Below are positions 17,005 through 26,533 of a stretch of DNA of 64,000 bases, in pieces. Made by a program: the position numbers and the translations under genes. Where the stretch lies: IMG/VR virus record IMGVR_UViG_3300044991_002130, positions 10,406-74,405 of that record; one strand, given 5' to 3'. The notes beneath the pieces were generated by a model. The model ran no database searches. It was not told the DNA's origin and saw nothing but the letters and a program-made list of their open reading frames with translations. The DNA is from a virus. Lineage: Duplodnaviria; Caudoviricetes. Each line of letters opens with the position of its first letter. Within the stretch, counting starts at the first letter, position 1.

Positions 17005-17550
17005 TTATTCTTCGTAAGTTATATCAAATTGTCGATTTTGGTCCACTACTTCATCGAGCTTGCCGGACAGTGTTGGTTGGAGACTTGCTGATAATTTCTT
17101 TTTTAGGCCATCTTTTAAAGCTAACAGATGTTTGCAAAGTCCCGGACGATTTTCCGGATTTAACATATCTGCTGGCATTCCATTAGATTTATTCAAACTA
17201 TTGAATCCTAATGGACTTGCTCCTTTTTTATTGTTAGCGTATGCCCAACGAAATTTATAATCTGGACATCCACAATCAACTTCGCACATGAGTCTATCTG
17301 GGCGAGTAACTTCTTTAGATTTTGGAAATGTAATTCTACCTTTCCAAGATTTACCCGTGGTGTTATTATCTGGCGCACTTCTAAAAGAGAAATTCCAGTA
17401 TCTTTCATCTCTGTTAGACAGAACGGGCAATGTTTGTACTTTCATATTCTTCGCTCGGTTCTTTCTGGACGGCGTGGACGAATTGAATAATTGGTAAAAA
17501 CTCATTCTCTCGGTCAATAGGCTGCGAGCAAGGTTTGCTAGTGAAATCAT
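17005..17550 (-). CDS. SWIM zinc-finger protein
   Basis: CGCPDY.FRW...GLCKHL. Confidence 0.75.
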   Translation of the reverse strand: MISLANLARSLLTERMSFYQLFNSSTPSRKNRAKNMKVQTLPVLSNRDERYWNFSFRSAPDNNTTGKSWKGRITFPKSKEVTRPDRLMCEVDCGCPDYKFRWAYANNKKGASPLGFNSLNKSNGMPADMLNPENRPGLCKHLLALKDGLKKKLSASLQPTLSGKLDEVVDQNRQFDITYEE

Positions 17551-17592
17551 ATGTATAAATATAGGTTAGATGTTATAAAATGTAAAGATAAC

Positions 17593-17668
17593 GGGGAAAT
17601 AGCTCAATTGGTAGAGCACCGCATTTGCAATGCGAAGGTTGTGGGTTCGAGCCCCATTTTCTCCACCA
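17593..17668 (+). tRNA. tRNA-Ala(TGC), canonical
   Basis: G3-U70, loop TTTGCAA, ACCA. Confidence 0.92.
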
Positions 17669-17696
17669 TTTATAGTAAACAGTATGCGTGCTTATT

Positions 17697-18014
17697 ATGC
17701 AAAACATATACTATAATCCAAAAGAATGCGGTTTAGAAATTGTCGATGTACTTGACGACCCTCAAGACTACGCGTTTAATACTCTATTGATAGTTCGGGC
17801 GACCGACACCAATCGAGTGTATTACGCAGCAAGTGCGGGGTGTTCTTGTCCCGTCCCGTTCGAAGAATATCATTATGCTTCGGCTGATGATAACGATTTG
17901 AACGAGGTGACATATGAGACGTTAGACAGCTTCATTAATGTAGTGAATAATTTTCCTGTTTCCATTGATGAAAGAAAAGATGCTATCCGCAAGGTTGAAG
18001 CACTATTAAAGTAA
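17697..18014 (+). CDS. Hypothetical protein
   Basis: YYAASAGCSCPVPFE motif. Confidence 0.65.
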   Translation: MQNIYYNPKECGLEIVDVLDDPQDYAFNTLLIVRATDTNRVYYAASAGCSCPVPFEEYHYASADDNDLNEVTYETLDSFINVVNNFPVSIDERKDAIRKVEALLK

Positions 18015-18045
18015 ACATCGGAGTCGAGGGAGAAATCCCTTTTTT

Positions 18046-18121
18046 GGTCTTATAGCTCAATCGGTAGAGCAGGAAGCTTTTAACTTCTTGGTTCGGGGTT
18101 CGAGTCCCCGTGGGACCACCA
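18046..18121 (+). tRNA. tRNA-Lys(TTT), canonical
   Basis: Loop CTTTTAA, ACCA. Confidence 0.92.
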
Positions 18122-18173
18122 TTTACATTAAATATAATAAGTAAATTTAAAATTGAAGTATATATTTATATTT

Positions 18174-18635
18174 ATGAAAAAATCCGAATTAAAATCTTTG
18201 ATAAAAGAAGTAATACAAGAAATCGAGCTTAACCCTGAATATAGTGTGAATTCAGACGAACAGGTAAGAATTGCAATAAGACGCAGTTATAAACCCTTCC
18301 CAAAAGCGAAATTTTCCTCCCCCAACGAGGAATTATTTCAAAAATATCTTCGAGCCGCACAAGCTTGGGCTGCTCAAAATTTAGCGGATTCGAAAAACGG
18401 TGCATTGTTATCAAAGCAAGGAAAATTACACACGAGAATAAGACCAGACGCTAAAGATAGTGACCTAGTTTTACGGTTTGACGACGGATATGAAAATTTT
18501 GATGAGTTTCTATTAGACTACGACCAAAAACAAATAAGTCAGCATGAATATATATGGATTTCGCCGCGACATATTGCAAAATACGTAATGGGAGAAGTGG
18601 CGGACAGAATCGTAATTCCGGGAGAAACAAAATAA
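18174..18635 (+). CDS. Hypothetical protein with MKKSELK leader
   Basis: MKKSELKSLIKEVIQE. Confidence 0.7.
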   Translation: MKKSELKSLIKEVIQEIELNPEYSVNSDEQVRIAIRRSYKPFPKAKFSSPNEELFQKYLRAAQAWAAQNLADSKNGALLSKQGKLHTRIRPDAKDSDLVLRFDDGYENFDEFLLDYDQKQISQHEYIWISPRHIAKYVMGEVADRIVIPGETK

Positions 18636-18646
18636 TAAAATTTTAT

Positions 18647-18722
18647 GCTGGGGTAGCATAGTGGCTAATGCAGCGCGTTTACATCGCGCCTATCGGGGGT
18701 TCGAGTCCCTTCTCCAGTACCA
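18647..18722 (+). tRNA. tRNA-Val(TAC)
   Basis: Loop TTTACAT, ACCA. Confidence 0.9.
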
Positions 18723-18859
18723 ATTTCAATATAAAAAACCAGTATAGCCCAAAGATAATTCAGCGGTCTGGGGTGATGCATCACTTGTCTGTTTGGGATA
18801 TTGAAACTAATTTAATGTGATGAGCCCTAGTTTTTGTATTTGGTATATATTTATATTAC

Positions 18860-19249
18860 ATGATAAAATTGAAAGACTTGATCGGAACACCGTTTGCAGT
18901 GTTTGTTTTAGCCAAAGCAAATGGTGGATATGCTGCTACAACTCGTGCAGCTGATCGCAATGAGCAAGGAAGAATTGGATTGCCCGGTGGAAAAGTTGAT
19001 ATTGGCGAATCGCCAGTTGAAGCAGTAACAAGAGAAGCTAAAGAAGAAGGATGGGAAGTAAAAGTAACAAACACAACACCCATACACACACAATTGGTTG
19101 ATGGAAAACTTGTGCATTGGTATGCTGGAGAATCTGCCATAAAATTGAATAATTTCAAAGAAAAGGGAAGAATAACTCCCATAGTTGCAACTCGTGAACA
19201 GATTTTATCTTCTGGTTATGGAAATGAAAATCTGTACAATCATATATAA
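18860..19249 (+). CDS. Nudix hydrolase with MIKLKDL leader
   Basis: GGKVDIGESPVEAVTREAKEEG Nudix box. Confidence 0.9.
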   Translation: MIKLKDLIGTPFAVFVLAKANGGYAATTRAADRNEQGRIGLPGGKVDIGESPVEAVTREAKEEGWEVKVTNTTPIHTQLVDGKLVHWYAGESAIKLNNFKEKGRITPIVATREQILSSGYGNENLYNHI

Positions 19250-19650
19250 TTTAGCAGTTACGACGTTCTGAAACAAACGATCCAGCCTACTGTTCCGCTG
19301 TAACCCGAGCAGTTGCATTTTTGGTAAACGTGAAAAGAAATAGTAAAGAATAGAACACGAGTCATCGTACTTGTGTCACACTAGGCTATCCATCTAGCTC
19401 CTTAATAGGAATAAATTTACAACCATCTTCTTTCAGTATAACAAGTGCTCAAAACTTGTTCGTTCATATGTTTTCGTAAAAGCATATCAACAGAAGCAGT
19501 GGATTGGTTCAATCGTTAGTTCTTTTGCGTAAAAAGACAATATTTGTCACTCAATGCCTCTTAACAATGCACAATTTTAAGTGAGTTTTACGGCAGTTAC
19601 AGGGGTAGCCCCTTGGGTGGGAGGCGCACACCAAATCACGCCTATTCTAT
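19250..19650 (+). ncRNA. Large (about 400 nt) ORF-free structured region
   Basis: Long-range pairs CTGTAAC/GTTACAG, AACGAT/ATCGTT and many hairpins. Confidence 0.45.
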
Positions 19651-19693
19651 TTTTATTGACATTGCATGATATTTATGTAGTGTTATAGTTTAT

Positions 19694-19769
19694 CGGAGTG
19701 TAGCGTAACTTGGTAGCGCACTCGCTTTGGGAGCGAGCGGTCCGGGTTCAAATCCCGGCACTCCGACCA
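19694..19769 (+). tRNA. tRNA-Pro(TGG), canonical
   Basis: Loop TTTGGGA, ACCA. Confidence 0.92.
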
Positions 19770-19775
19770 TTTTAT

Positions 19776-19851
19776 GGCGTTTATAGTGTAGTGGTTCGCA
19801 CGGAAGTTTGTGAAACTTTCAGGACGATTTCGAATATCGTTAGACGCCCCA
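19776..19851 (+). tRNA. tRNA-His(GTG)
   Basis: G-1:C73, loop TTGTGAA. Confidence 0.88.
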
Positions 19852-19852
19852 A

Positions 19853-19972
19853 TTTGTAAGTTTTATAAGATGTAGCCAATGCTTCCAAGCGAGGATCATG
19901 TGCTGTAAGTTCTTACCTGTCGCAATGGTGCAAAATAGAAACATCGAGCATTAGAGTTGGTAGCTTACAAAA
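19853..19972 (+). ncRNA. Unknown structured RNA
   Basis: TTTGTAAGTT/AGCTTACAAA closure. Confidence 0.45.
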
Positions 19973-19979
19973 ATTTTAT

Positions 19980-20065
19980 AGAGTGGTCGCATAATGGTAT
20001 TGCAGAAGTCTCCAAAACTTCCGTTTTAAAAAACATTGTCGGTTCGAGTCCGACCCACTCTGCCA
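19980..20065 (+). tRNA. tRNA-Trp(CCA) with long variable arm
   Basis: Loop CTCCAAA, GTTTT-AA-AAAAC variable arm, GCCA. Confidence 0.85.
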
Positions 20066-20073
20066 ATTTTTAC

Positions 20074-20149
20074 GCCAATGTAGTCTAAAGAATAGGCACC
20101 AGTTTCCTAAACTGTTTATATGTAGGTTTGAGTCCTATCATTGGCACCA
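20074..20149 (+). tRNA. tRNA-Arg(CCT)
   Basis: Loop TTCCTAA, ACCA. Confidence 0.8.
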
Positions 20150-20157
20150 ATTTATAT

Positions 20158-20248
20158 AGAAAGGTAGCCAAGTGGTTTACGGCACTACATTGGAAGTGTA
20201 GCGGGTTCTAAACAAGCCCCGCGAGTTCGAATCTCGCCCTTTCTGCCA
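20158..20248 (+). tRNA. tRNA-Ser(GGA)
   Basis: Loop TTGGAAG, long variable arm, GCCA. Confidence 0.88.
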
Positions 20249-20293
20249 TTTATATGTTGACACAAGACAAAAAATATCCAAGATAGAAACCAC

Positions 20294-20632
20294 ATGATAA
20301 ATAAAACCAAAAAATTCGAAATTGAGGGAGTTGATTGGAAAATCCAAGTAGAATTGGACTCATTGGTATACACGGACACGGCAACGAGACTATTTGTGGC
20401 AGGCGCGATGGCGATTGAACATATGAGTACCGGGTCCACAGGATGTAATCTAGGTGCAATCGTTTTGGTGACTGAAAAAGACGGAAAGAATATTACGTTC
20501 GGAGTGAATTCGTACATTTGCTTAAATCGTGTGGGAGACTATGAGTCTGCAAAAATTTTAAGAAAAAATTACAGGGATATGTCAGGCCAAGATTTGTCAG
20601 AAGATTTAAAAGGATATCACAAATGCAAATAA
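20294..20632 (+). CDS. Hypothetical protein
   Basis: 112 aa ORF after a TTGACA promoter. Confidence 0.6.
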   Translation: MINKTKKFEIEGVDWKIQVELDSLVYTDTATRLFVAGAMAIEHMSTGSTGCNLGAIVLVTEKDGKNITFGVNSYICLNRVGDYESAKILRKNYRDMSGQDLSEDLKGYHKCK

Positions 20633-20675
20633 ATTCCGCTATTTTTACTTATTATATATATATTTATAACAATAT

Positions 20676-21560
20676 ATGAGTATATTACAATCTACGTTTG
20701 ATAAGCATAAGAAGTTGATGTTGGAGAGTGTTGTACAAGATAGATTGCGTGATGAGGCGGCGCTTGAACAAAAAAAACAGCAACTGCTTGCGAGTGGATT
20801 AAGAGTCGTTCCAATGCAAGGTGGGGAAGACAAAAAATACTTTGCATATACATCGGGGAGATACATTGTGTTGATTGATATGGGAAATATAAAACTTCCA
20901 TTTTATTGTTCTTCCGGAGAAGGAGGAAAAGCAAATGTTCCTTCTGGAAAATGGTATCCGATTTTTGGAATAAGCAAAGCGGGTTGGCTCAACAAGGGCA
21001 CAGAAGAACAAATTAACAATTATTATGGAAGCAGTGCTGCAAAATCTGTGGCCAAGAAGTTAGACGAGGTATTGGGAGATATGCGAGAAATGTTTTCGAT
21101 GAAACATTTCGTGGGTGTAGACAAGGTATTGCCTATTATAAATCAAGATTTGAATCCACCCGACCAACGCCCCACCCCAGAAAGATCAAAAGAATATATG
21201 GAAATATATAGAGCGAATGTTAGAAACGTTTTGCAGAAAATAGGAGGGAACGCGGGACCAGTTCCAATAAAAAATAAGTTAACATTAACACACAACGGTA
21301 AAAATGTTGTGGAAGCAAATATTTCAGCAAACATTGGCCGAGCAATCGTCCAAAAACACGGCGACGACGCCAAATATTTTAGTAGTGAACAATTTCAAAT
21401 TCAAAAACAAAAAGATGATACGTGGAAATTGATTCATAACAAAGCTGCCACGAATATAACAACCATTGATGGTAAAGAAGTAACCGAGCCAACAACACTT
21501 GTCAAAGGAATGAAGATTGCGCTAGGAAAAACTGGCAAATTTCCAATGGAAGTTGGCTAA
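20676..21560 (+). CDS. Protein with C-terminal FHA-like domain
   Basis: IGR...YFSSEQF...ATNIT.IDG...L..G..I.LG. Confidence 0.65.
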   Translation: MSILQSTFDKHKKLMLESVVQDRLRDEAALEQKKQQLLASGLRVVPMQGGEDKKYFAYTSGRYIVLIDMGNIKLPFYCSSGEGGKANVPSGKWYPIFGISKAGWLNKGTEEQINNYYGSSAAKSVAKKLDEVLGDMREMFSMKHFVGVDKVLPIINQDLNPPDQRPTPERSKEYMEIYRANVRNVLQKIGGNAGPVPIKNKLTLTHNGKNVVEANISANIGRAIVQKHGDDAKYFSSEQFQIQKQKDDTWKLIHNKAATNITTIDGKEVTEPTTLVKGMKIALGKTGKFPMEVG

Positions 21561-21565
21561 TATAA

Positions 21566-21719
21566 TTTTCTATAGTGACAAAAAGGGCGGCAGACTCTGA
21601 ATCTGTTGTTTGAAGCGTTGGGGTTGCTCCCAACTCAGTAAACGGCACTGAGGGTGGTTTAACCTAACCACGAAAGATGCTAAAGTGAGATAGCTGTGGG
21701 ACAGCTTGACTATAGAAAA
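21566..21719 (+). ncRNA. Multi-hairpin RNA with an anticodon-like loop
   Basis: TTTTCTATAGT/ACTATAGAAAA closure; GGCGGCAGA-CTCTGAA-TCTGTTGTT hairpin. Confidence 0.55.
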
Positions 21720-21779
21720 ATTTTTGATATAAATAGTAGTGGTTCATCGCTTTTGTCTTGATTCAATATATTTATTGAT

Positions 21780-22538
21780 ATGGAACAAAAAATTTGTGAA
21801 CTTGGGTGTGGTAAAATTGCTATTCATCAACTGAAAAGTGGGAAGTGGATTTGTGATACATCCGCAAACAAATGTGAAGTTATGCGAAAGAAAAATTCTG
21901 ACGCTACCCTTGGAATAGAAAAGCCTTGGATGAGAGGAGAAAACCACCCCAGACCGATGTTAGGAAAAAAATCTTGGAACTCAGGATTAACAAAGGAGAC
22001 GAGTCCAATAGTTATGGCTCAGTCAAATAAAATGAAGGGGACAGTTTCAAAGTTTGGTGGCCGAGCATCAACCGCCGAAAAAGAAAAATTAAGAAAAGAG
22101 AATATTTCTAAATCTATGAAAGGTGTTGGTGGGGGATTTAGAATGAAAAGTGGTAGAGGTAAAAAAGGTTGGTATAAAGGATATTTTTGTAGTAGTTCGT
22201 GGGAATTGGCGTGGGTCATTTACTCATTAGAGCATGGAGTAAAATTTGAGAGAAACAAAATTGGATTTCCATATGAATTTAATGGAAAACGGAAAAAATA
22301 TTATCCCGATTTTATTGTTGATAAAAATTATGTGGAGATAAAGGGATACGATTCTCCACAGTGGGAAGAGAAGAAAAAGCAGTTCAACAATAATTTGATT
22401 GTTCTTGGGAAAAATGAGATAAAACCATACATAGAATACACAGAAACAAAGTATGGAAAAGATTTTGTTAGGTTATATGAAGATGGAAAGGTGGCAGAGC
22501 GGTCTATTGCGGAAATCTTGAAAATTTCTAATCCTTAA
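21780..22538 (+). mobile_element. Free-standing homing endonuclease (NUMOD-like plus PD-(D/E)xK), overlapping tRNA-Ser
   Basis: WNSGLTKET, SSWE, YYPDF...YVEIKG. Confidence 0.75.
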
Positions 22539-22574
22539 ACGGGTTCGTGGGTTCGATTCCCACCCTTTCCTCCA
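22485..22574 (+). tRNA. tRNA-Ser(TGA)
   Basis: Loop CTTGAAA, long variable arm, TCCA. Confidence 0.85.
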
Positions 22575-22640
22575 TTTTATGGCGTCCACTTGAGGATGAA
22601 CCATAGAGTGCGGGTAGATGAATCGCACACGCCAATTTTC

Positions 22641-22716
22641 GCCGCCGAAGTTCATATGGGTGAACGTCTGTTTCGTAAATAGAATGTAGCTGGTTCGATT
22701 CCAGCCGGTGGCTCCA
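22641..22716 (+). tRNA. tRNA-Thr(CGT)
   Basis: Loop TTCGTAA, TCCA; A8. Confidence 0.85.
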
Positions 22717-22759
22717 TTTTACATAATATAGTTCATTGTATATTATATTTATTGGTAGT

Positions 22760-23431
22760 ATGAAAACCAATATTATAATAAACGGTCAGACATTCAACAA
22801 GTCTGATACATTCAATCCAAACACAGAAAATTTACAAACAGATGGATTGTCAGTTCTGTGTTTCAGTCAAAATGATAATTGTAAAGTAAACGACTGTATC
22901 ATAGATGGCGAAGATGCTCGTTGGGGAGGCAAAGCCTCATTGACATTCGATCTTGAATATACCAAATGTACTTTTAAAAATGGTACTGCGCGTGCCTTTG
23001 ACATGGTTCGTGGCGGCAATGTTACATTTACAGATTGTATATTTGAGAACAATGTCAGAAACAAAGTTAAATCTCAATATAGTTTAACAGAGTTGTGTGA
23101 TCTTGGAATCAAAGGTGGTGTGCATGATGTAACATTTCATAGTTGCGTGTTTAATGACATTTTGATTGGCGATTATAGTATTTACGATCAACGAGATAGA
23201 CCAAAAGCTCGTCGCTTTACTTTTATCAATTGTAAGAATATAGATGGCGGTCCAATCATTATTCGTGGCAGATATGTAGATAAAGATTCTATCAGTTTGA
23301 TTGGTACAAATGCAAAAATGTGGGTTTGGCCAACAATTTTTACTAAACTATATTGGATGTATAATCGCAAGTTTGGCGATACTCGCAAGCCAGATGGCTG
23401 GAATGTATATGATCCCAGAGAACTGATCTGA
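22760..23431 (+). CDS. Putative right-handed beta-helix protein
   Basis: Repeated V.F..C.F.N strands. Confidence 0.55.
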   Translation: MKTNIIINGQTFNKSDTFNPNTENLQTDGLSVLCFSQNDNCKVNDCIIDGEDARWGGKASLTFDLEYTKCTFKNGTARAFDMVRGGNVTFTDCIFENNVRNKVKSQYSLTELCDLGIKGGVHDVTFHSCVFNDILIGDYSIYDQRDRPKARRFTFINCKNIDGGPIIIRGRYVDKDSISLIGTNAKMWVWPTIFTKLYWMYNRKFGDTRKPDGWNVYDPRELI

Positions 23432-23863
23432 TCAAGCGTCTTTGGAAAGTTCTCCGCGAGCAATCAAAATCTTTTTATTGGTTTGGTGAGCTTCTTGAAC
23501 CAACTCTTTATTTTCACCAAGATAAGCCACGGCATAGTTGTTTTCAATTAGCCACTTATTTATATTTGTTCCATCGTCTAATATAAACTCTCCAAGAATA
23601 CGACCAAACTTGTCGTCGTTGTTATCATCCTTGGTGGTGTTTATTTTTTGATAGCTACCAATCGGTAGTTTTTCTGTTAATTTTTTCTTGGAAAGCATAC
23701 CACGAGTTTTTTCCTCTTTGTTGTTTGTTCTTGACTCTGGCGTATCTACGCCGGATAGCCTCACACGTTGATTGGATAATATTATATTAAATCCAAGGTC
23801 CAAGTCTATCTCAACGGTGTCGCCGTCGACGATTTTGTTTATTTTGCATTTATATTGATACAT
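23432..23863 (-). CDS. Thermonuclease (SNase) family nuclease
   Basis: IVDGDT, RVRLSGVDTPE, DKFGRILG. Confidence 0.92.
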   Translation of the reverse strand: MYQYKCKINKIVDGDTVEIDLDLGFNIILSNQRVRLSGVDTPESRTNNKEEKTRGMLSKKKLTEKLPIGSYQKINTTKDDNNDDKFGRILGEFILDDGTNINKWLIENNYAVAYLGENKELVQEAHQTNKKILIARGELSKDA

Positions 23864-23887
23864 AGAGTATAATATATATCAATTCGC

Positions 23888-23961
23888 TGGGAAATGATGT
23901 AGTGGTAGCATATTTGTCTCTGAAACAAATCGCGTTGGTTCGATTCCAACTCTCCCATCCA
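23888..23961 (+). tRNA. tRNA-Gln(CTG)
   Basis: Loop CTCTGAA, TCCA. Confidence 0.85.
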
Positions 23962-24077
23962 ATTATTATATCTTATAAAAGCTTATTATAAAAATTTTTG
24001 TCTTGTAAAAGTCATATATATCTGTTCTAATTGAACATATATCGTCCTTGAAAGAGGATGTAATTTGAAAAATAACT

Positions 24078-26012
24078 ATGAATAATAATAAAAATACAAG
24101 AAATAACTCGGTCTGGAACAAGCTTATTGTTTTGTTCTGCCTGTTTGCTACTGTTGCGTTTGGACTGCCGTCCATCGAAACAAGTAATTTACAAGCTACA
24201 CCGGGCGTAACGCTATCACAAGCCGGTACATCGCTAGTGGTCACATCACCAAATAAATCCGTTCTGACGTGGCAGAATTTTGGTAGTGGCACCGATACCA
24301 TCGCCAGCGGAGATAGTATAAATTATACGTTACCATCCTCCAATTCTTCGGTTTTAAATATAGTAACTGGCGGAAACAATACTACTATCAATGGAAGCAT
24401 TTCTTCGAATGGAAATGTATACATTCTGAATCCGAACGGAATAATAATTGGAAGTAATGCTCGTATTGACACCAATGCAATTTATGCAAGTACTGCTGAT
24501 GGTACATCAATTGGCTCTAACTATTTTCTAGCAAATGGAAAATTGCCAAGTCAAGATGGATTGGTTTTGGGCGGAAGCAGCATAACTGTTAAACCCGGCG
24601 CAACAATCACCGCCGTATCTAACAATATTTATTTGGCGTCCAATGGATTGGATTTGCAAGCGGGTTCAATCAATGGAAACTTGACAGTAAATGCAACTGG
24701 GACTGTGGGTCTAAGCACACTCGGAACAACCTTTATCGCGGGAGATTTGACCGTAAATAATTCGTATGGAACAACAACACTTGCCACGCCCGGAAATACC
24801 TTGGCCGTGAGTGGAGTCGCAACCGTCAATACCGTTGCTGGAACTGTGATTAATACGGCAGGAAGTTCTTTGAATGCCCGCTCCGTCGTTATAAATGCTG
24901 GCATTGGCGAAATTTCGGTGGCAAAAGTGGTATCTTCTACTGTAACTGCCACCGGTAAAAATGTTTCCATTACATATGGACAAAATGCGCCGGTCACATT
25001 CGTCGGTTCTGCGGCAAATAACATTTCCGTAAATGCTCCGGGAGCACTGACACTCTCTGATGTATCTAATACCGGAACAGGCACAGCAACTTTTGTTTCG
25101 GGAGATAGATTATCTCTTGGAAAGATTCATCTCAATGGAACCGGCGGCGCATCCTTTACTGGAACTTCCGTGGTCGATACAATTGGTAATGCATTTGTAT
25201 ATGGCGGAACCTCTTTCACTGCAAACTCCGGTGGAGATATTTCTATCACAAAGACCGGAAATAGCTTTGGACCAGTGAGTGTTACCACAACCGGTAATGC
25301 CACCATCAACGAATCCGCGACACTTAATTTGAATGTAATCAATGTTGGAAATGTTCTCGCGTTGTCTAGCCTCGGAGAAAACATTTTTCAAACTTCGACT
25401 ACTGGCACAATCACAAATGCGTCGCCCGTTGTTTCTGCTGTTGGCAGCATTCAATTGCTTGCTCCAAGCAATACATTTAACACAATTGCTGTAAATGGAA
25501 CTGATGTATCGTTGGTCACCGCCAATGCATTAACACTTGATAATATTTCGGCCAACGGTCAATTGTCGATTACAAGCGGCGGAGCAATTTCCCAAAAAGT
25601 TGGAGCGACTGTTAAATCTTTCTCGGATACAACTTTCAATACGACGAATAACAACATTACCTTGGCTAACACCGGCAATAACTTCGGTGGATTGACTTTG
25701 AATGCTGGCAATGGAAACATTTCCGTTGTTGAAAGTTCTACTATAAGACTTCTTGGTGTCGGTGGAAGTACCGTGGTATTGAAGAGTGGTGGAGATATCA
25801 TCAATTCCGGGGCAGGTGCAATTACCACTCGGACATTGAATCTTGAAGCTGGTGTGGGGATTGTCCTGACAAATGCGGCCACAATTTCTACTTCGTTGCT
25901 GTTCAAGGCCGTTGGTACTGTCGATTTGAGTGCTCTAAGTTTGGCAACAAATCTAAATAGCGTAGTTCCCGTGAATAATGGGGCTGGTACTTATACGCCC
26001 CCAACTCCTTAA
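24078..26012 (+). CDS. Secreted filamentous haemagglutinin-like (TpsA N-terminal domain) beta-helix protein
   Basis: Signal peptide; WQNF...VLN.V.G...I.G...SNG.VY..NPNGI TPS motif; G/T/N-rich repeats. Confidence 0.85.
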   Translation: MNNNKNTRNNSVWNKLIVLFCLFATVAFGLPSIETSNLQATPGVTLSQAGTSLVVTSPNKSVLTWQNFGSGTDTIASGDSINYTLPSSNSSVLNIVTGGNNTTINGSISSNGNVYILNPNGIIIGSNARIDTNAIYASTADGTSIGSNYFLANGKLPSQDGLVLGGSSITVKPGATITAVSNNIYLASNGLDLQAGSINGNLTVNATGTVGLSTLGTTFIAGDLTVNNSYGTTTLATPGNTLAVSGVATVNTVAGTVINTAGSSLNARSVVINAGIGEISVAKVVSSTVTATGKNVSITYGQNAPVTFVGSAANNISVNAPGALTLSDVSNTGTGTATFVSGDRLSLGKIHLNGTGGASFTGTSVVDTIGNAFVYGGTSFTANSGGDISITKTGNSFGPVSVTTTGNATINESATLNLNVINVGNVLALSSLGENIFQTSTTGTITNASPVVSAVGSIQLLAPSNTFNTIAVNGTDVSLVTANALTLDNISANGQLSITSGGAISQKVGATVKSFSDTTFNTTNNNITLANTGNNFGGLTLNAGNGNISVVESSTIRLLGVGGSTVVLKSGGDIINSGAGAITTRTLNLEAGVGIVLTNAATISTSLLFKAVGTVDLSALSLATNLNSVVPVNNGAGTYTPPTP

Positions 26013-26035
26013 TAATTAACAAGTTGTAAGACTTC

Positions 26036-26064
26036 AAGCCCAACCATAAAAAGGTTGGGCTTTT
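26036..26064 (+). terminator. Intrinsic terminator
   Basis: AAGCCCAACC-loop-GGTTGGGCTTTT. Confidence 0.8.
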
Positions 26065-26101
26065 CATTTATAATTAATTTTGATATATATTTATTAAACA
26101 T

Positions 26102-26368
26102 ATGACAAAATCAGAACTTAAAGCATTAATCAAAGAAGTAATACAAGAAACTCAGTTTGCAGAAGAAGTGGAATTGAATCCAGAAAAGCAAGAACATATG
26201 ACAACGACCCAGTTGAATGGATTGAATCAAAAATCCGAAAAGATGCTAGAAATAATGCAATCTGAGAATATTAAACTTGAGCCTTGGATGATTGATTTAA
26301 TCAGCCAAGCATATCATAATATTGATGCGGTCGCGAACAAACTCATGTTCGGTCAGAAGAAAGATTGA
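26102..26368 (+). CDS. Hypothetical protein with MTKSELK leader
   Basis: MTKSELKALIKEVIQE. Confidence 0.7.
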   Translation: MTKSELKALIKEVIQETQFAEEVELNPEKQEHMTTTQLNGLNQKSEKMLEIMQSENIKLEPWMIDLISQAYHNIDAVANKLMFGQKKD

Positions 26369-26411
26369 GAAAGTTATTGACTTTGGATAAAATTCTGGCA
26401 CTCTCTTACTC

Positions 26412-26505
26412 AAGAAAAGGGTGGAGTGAAAACGACTCCACGGAGGTAACGGGTAGGATTTCCTCCGAAGGACACGAACCGCAATATGTGCCTTCCTCTA
26501 GCTTA
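26412..26505 (+). ncRNA. Three-hairpin (four-way junction) RNA
   Basis: GTGGAGT/ACTCCAC, GGAGG/CCTCC and GAAGG/CCTTC in tandem. Confidence 0.45.
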
Positions 26506-26533
26506 TTTTGTTGATTGACAGTATTTAGATTTT

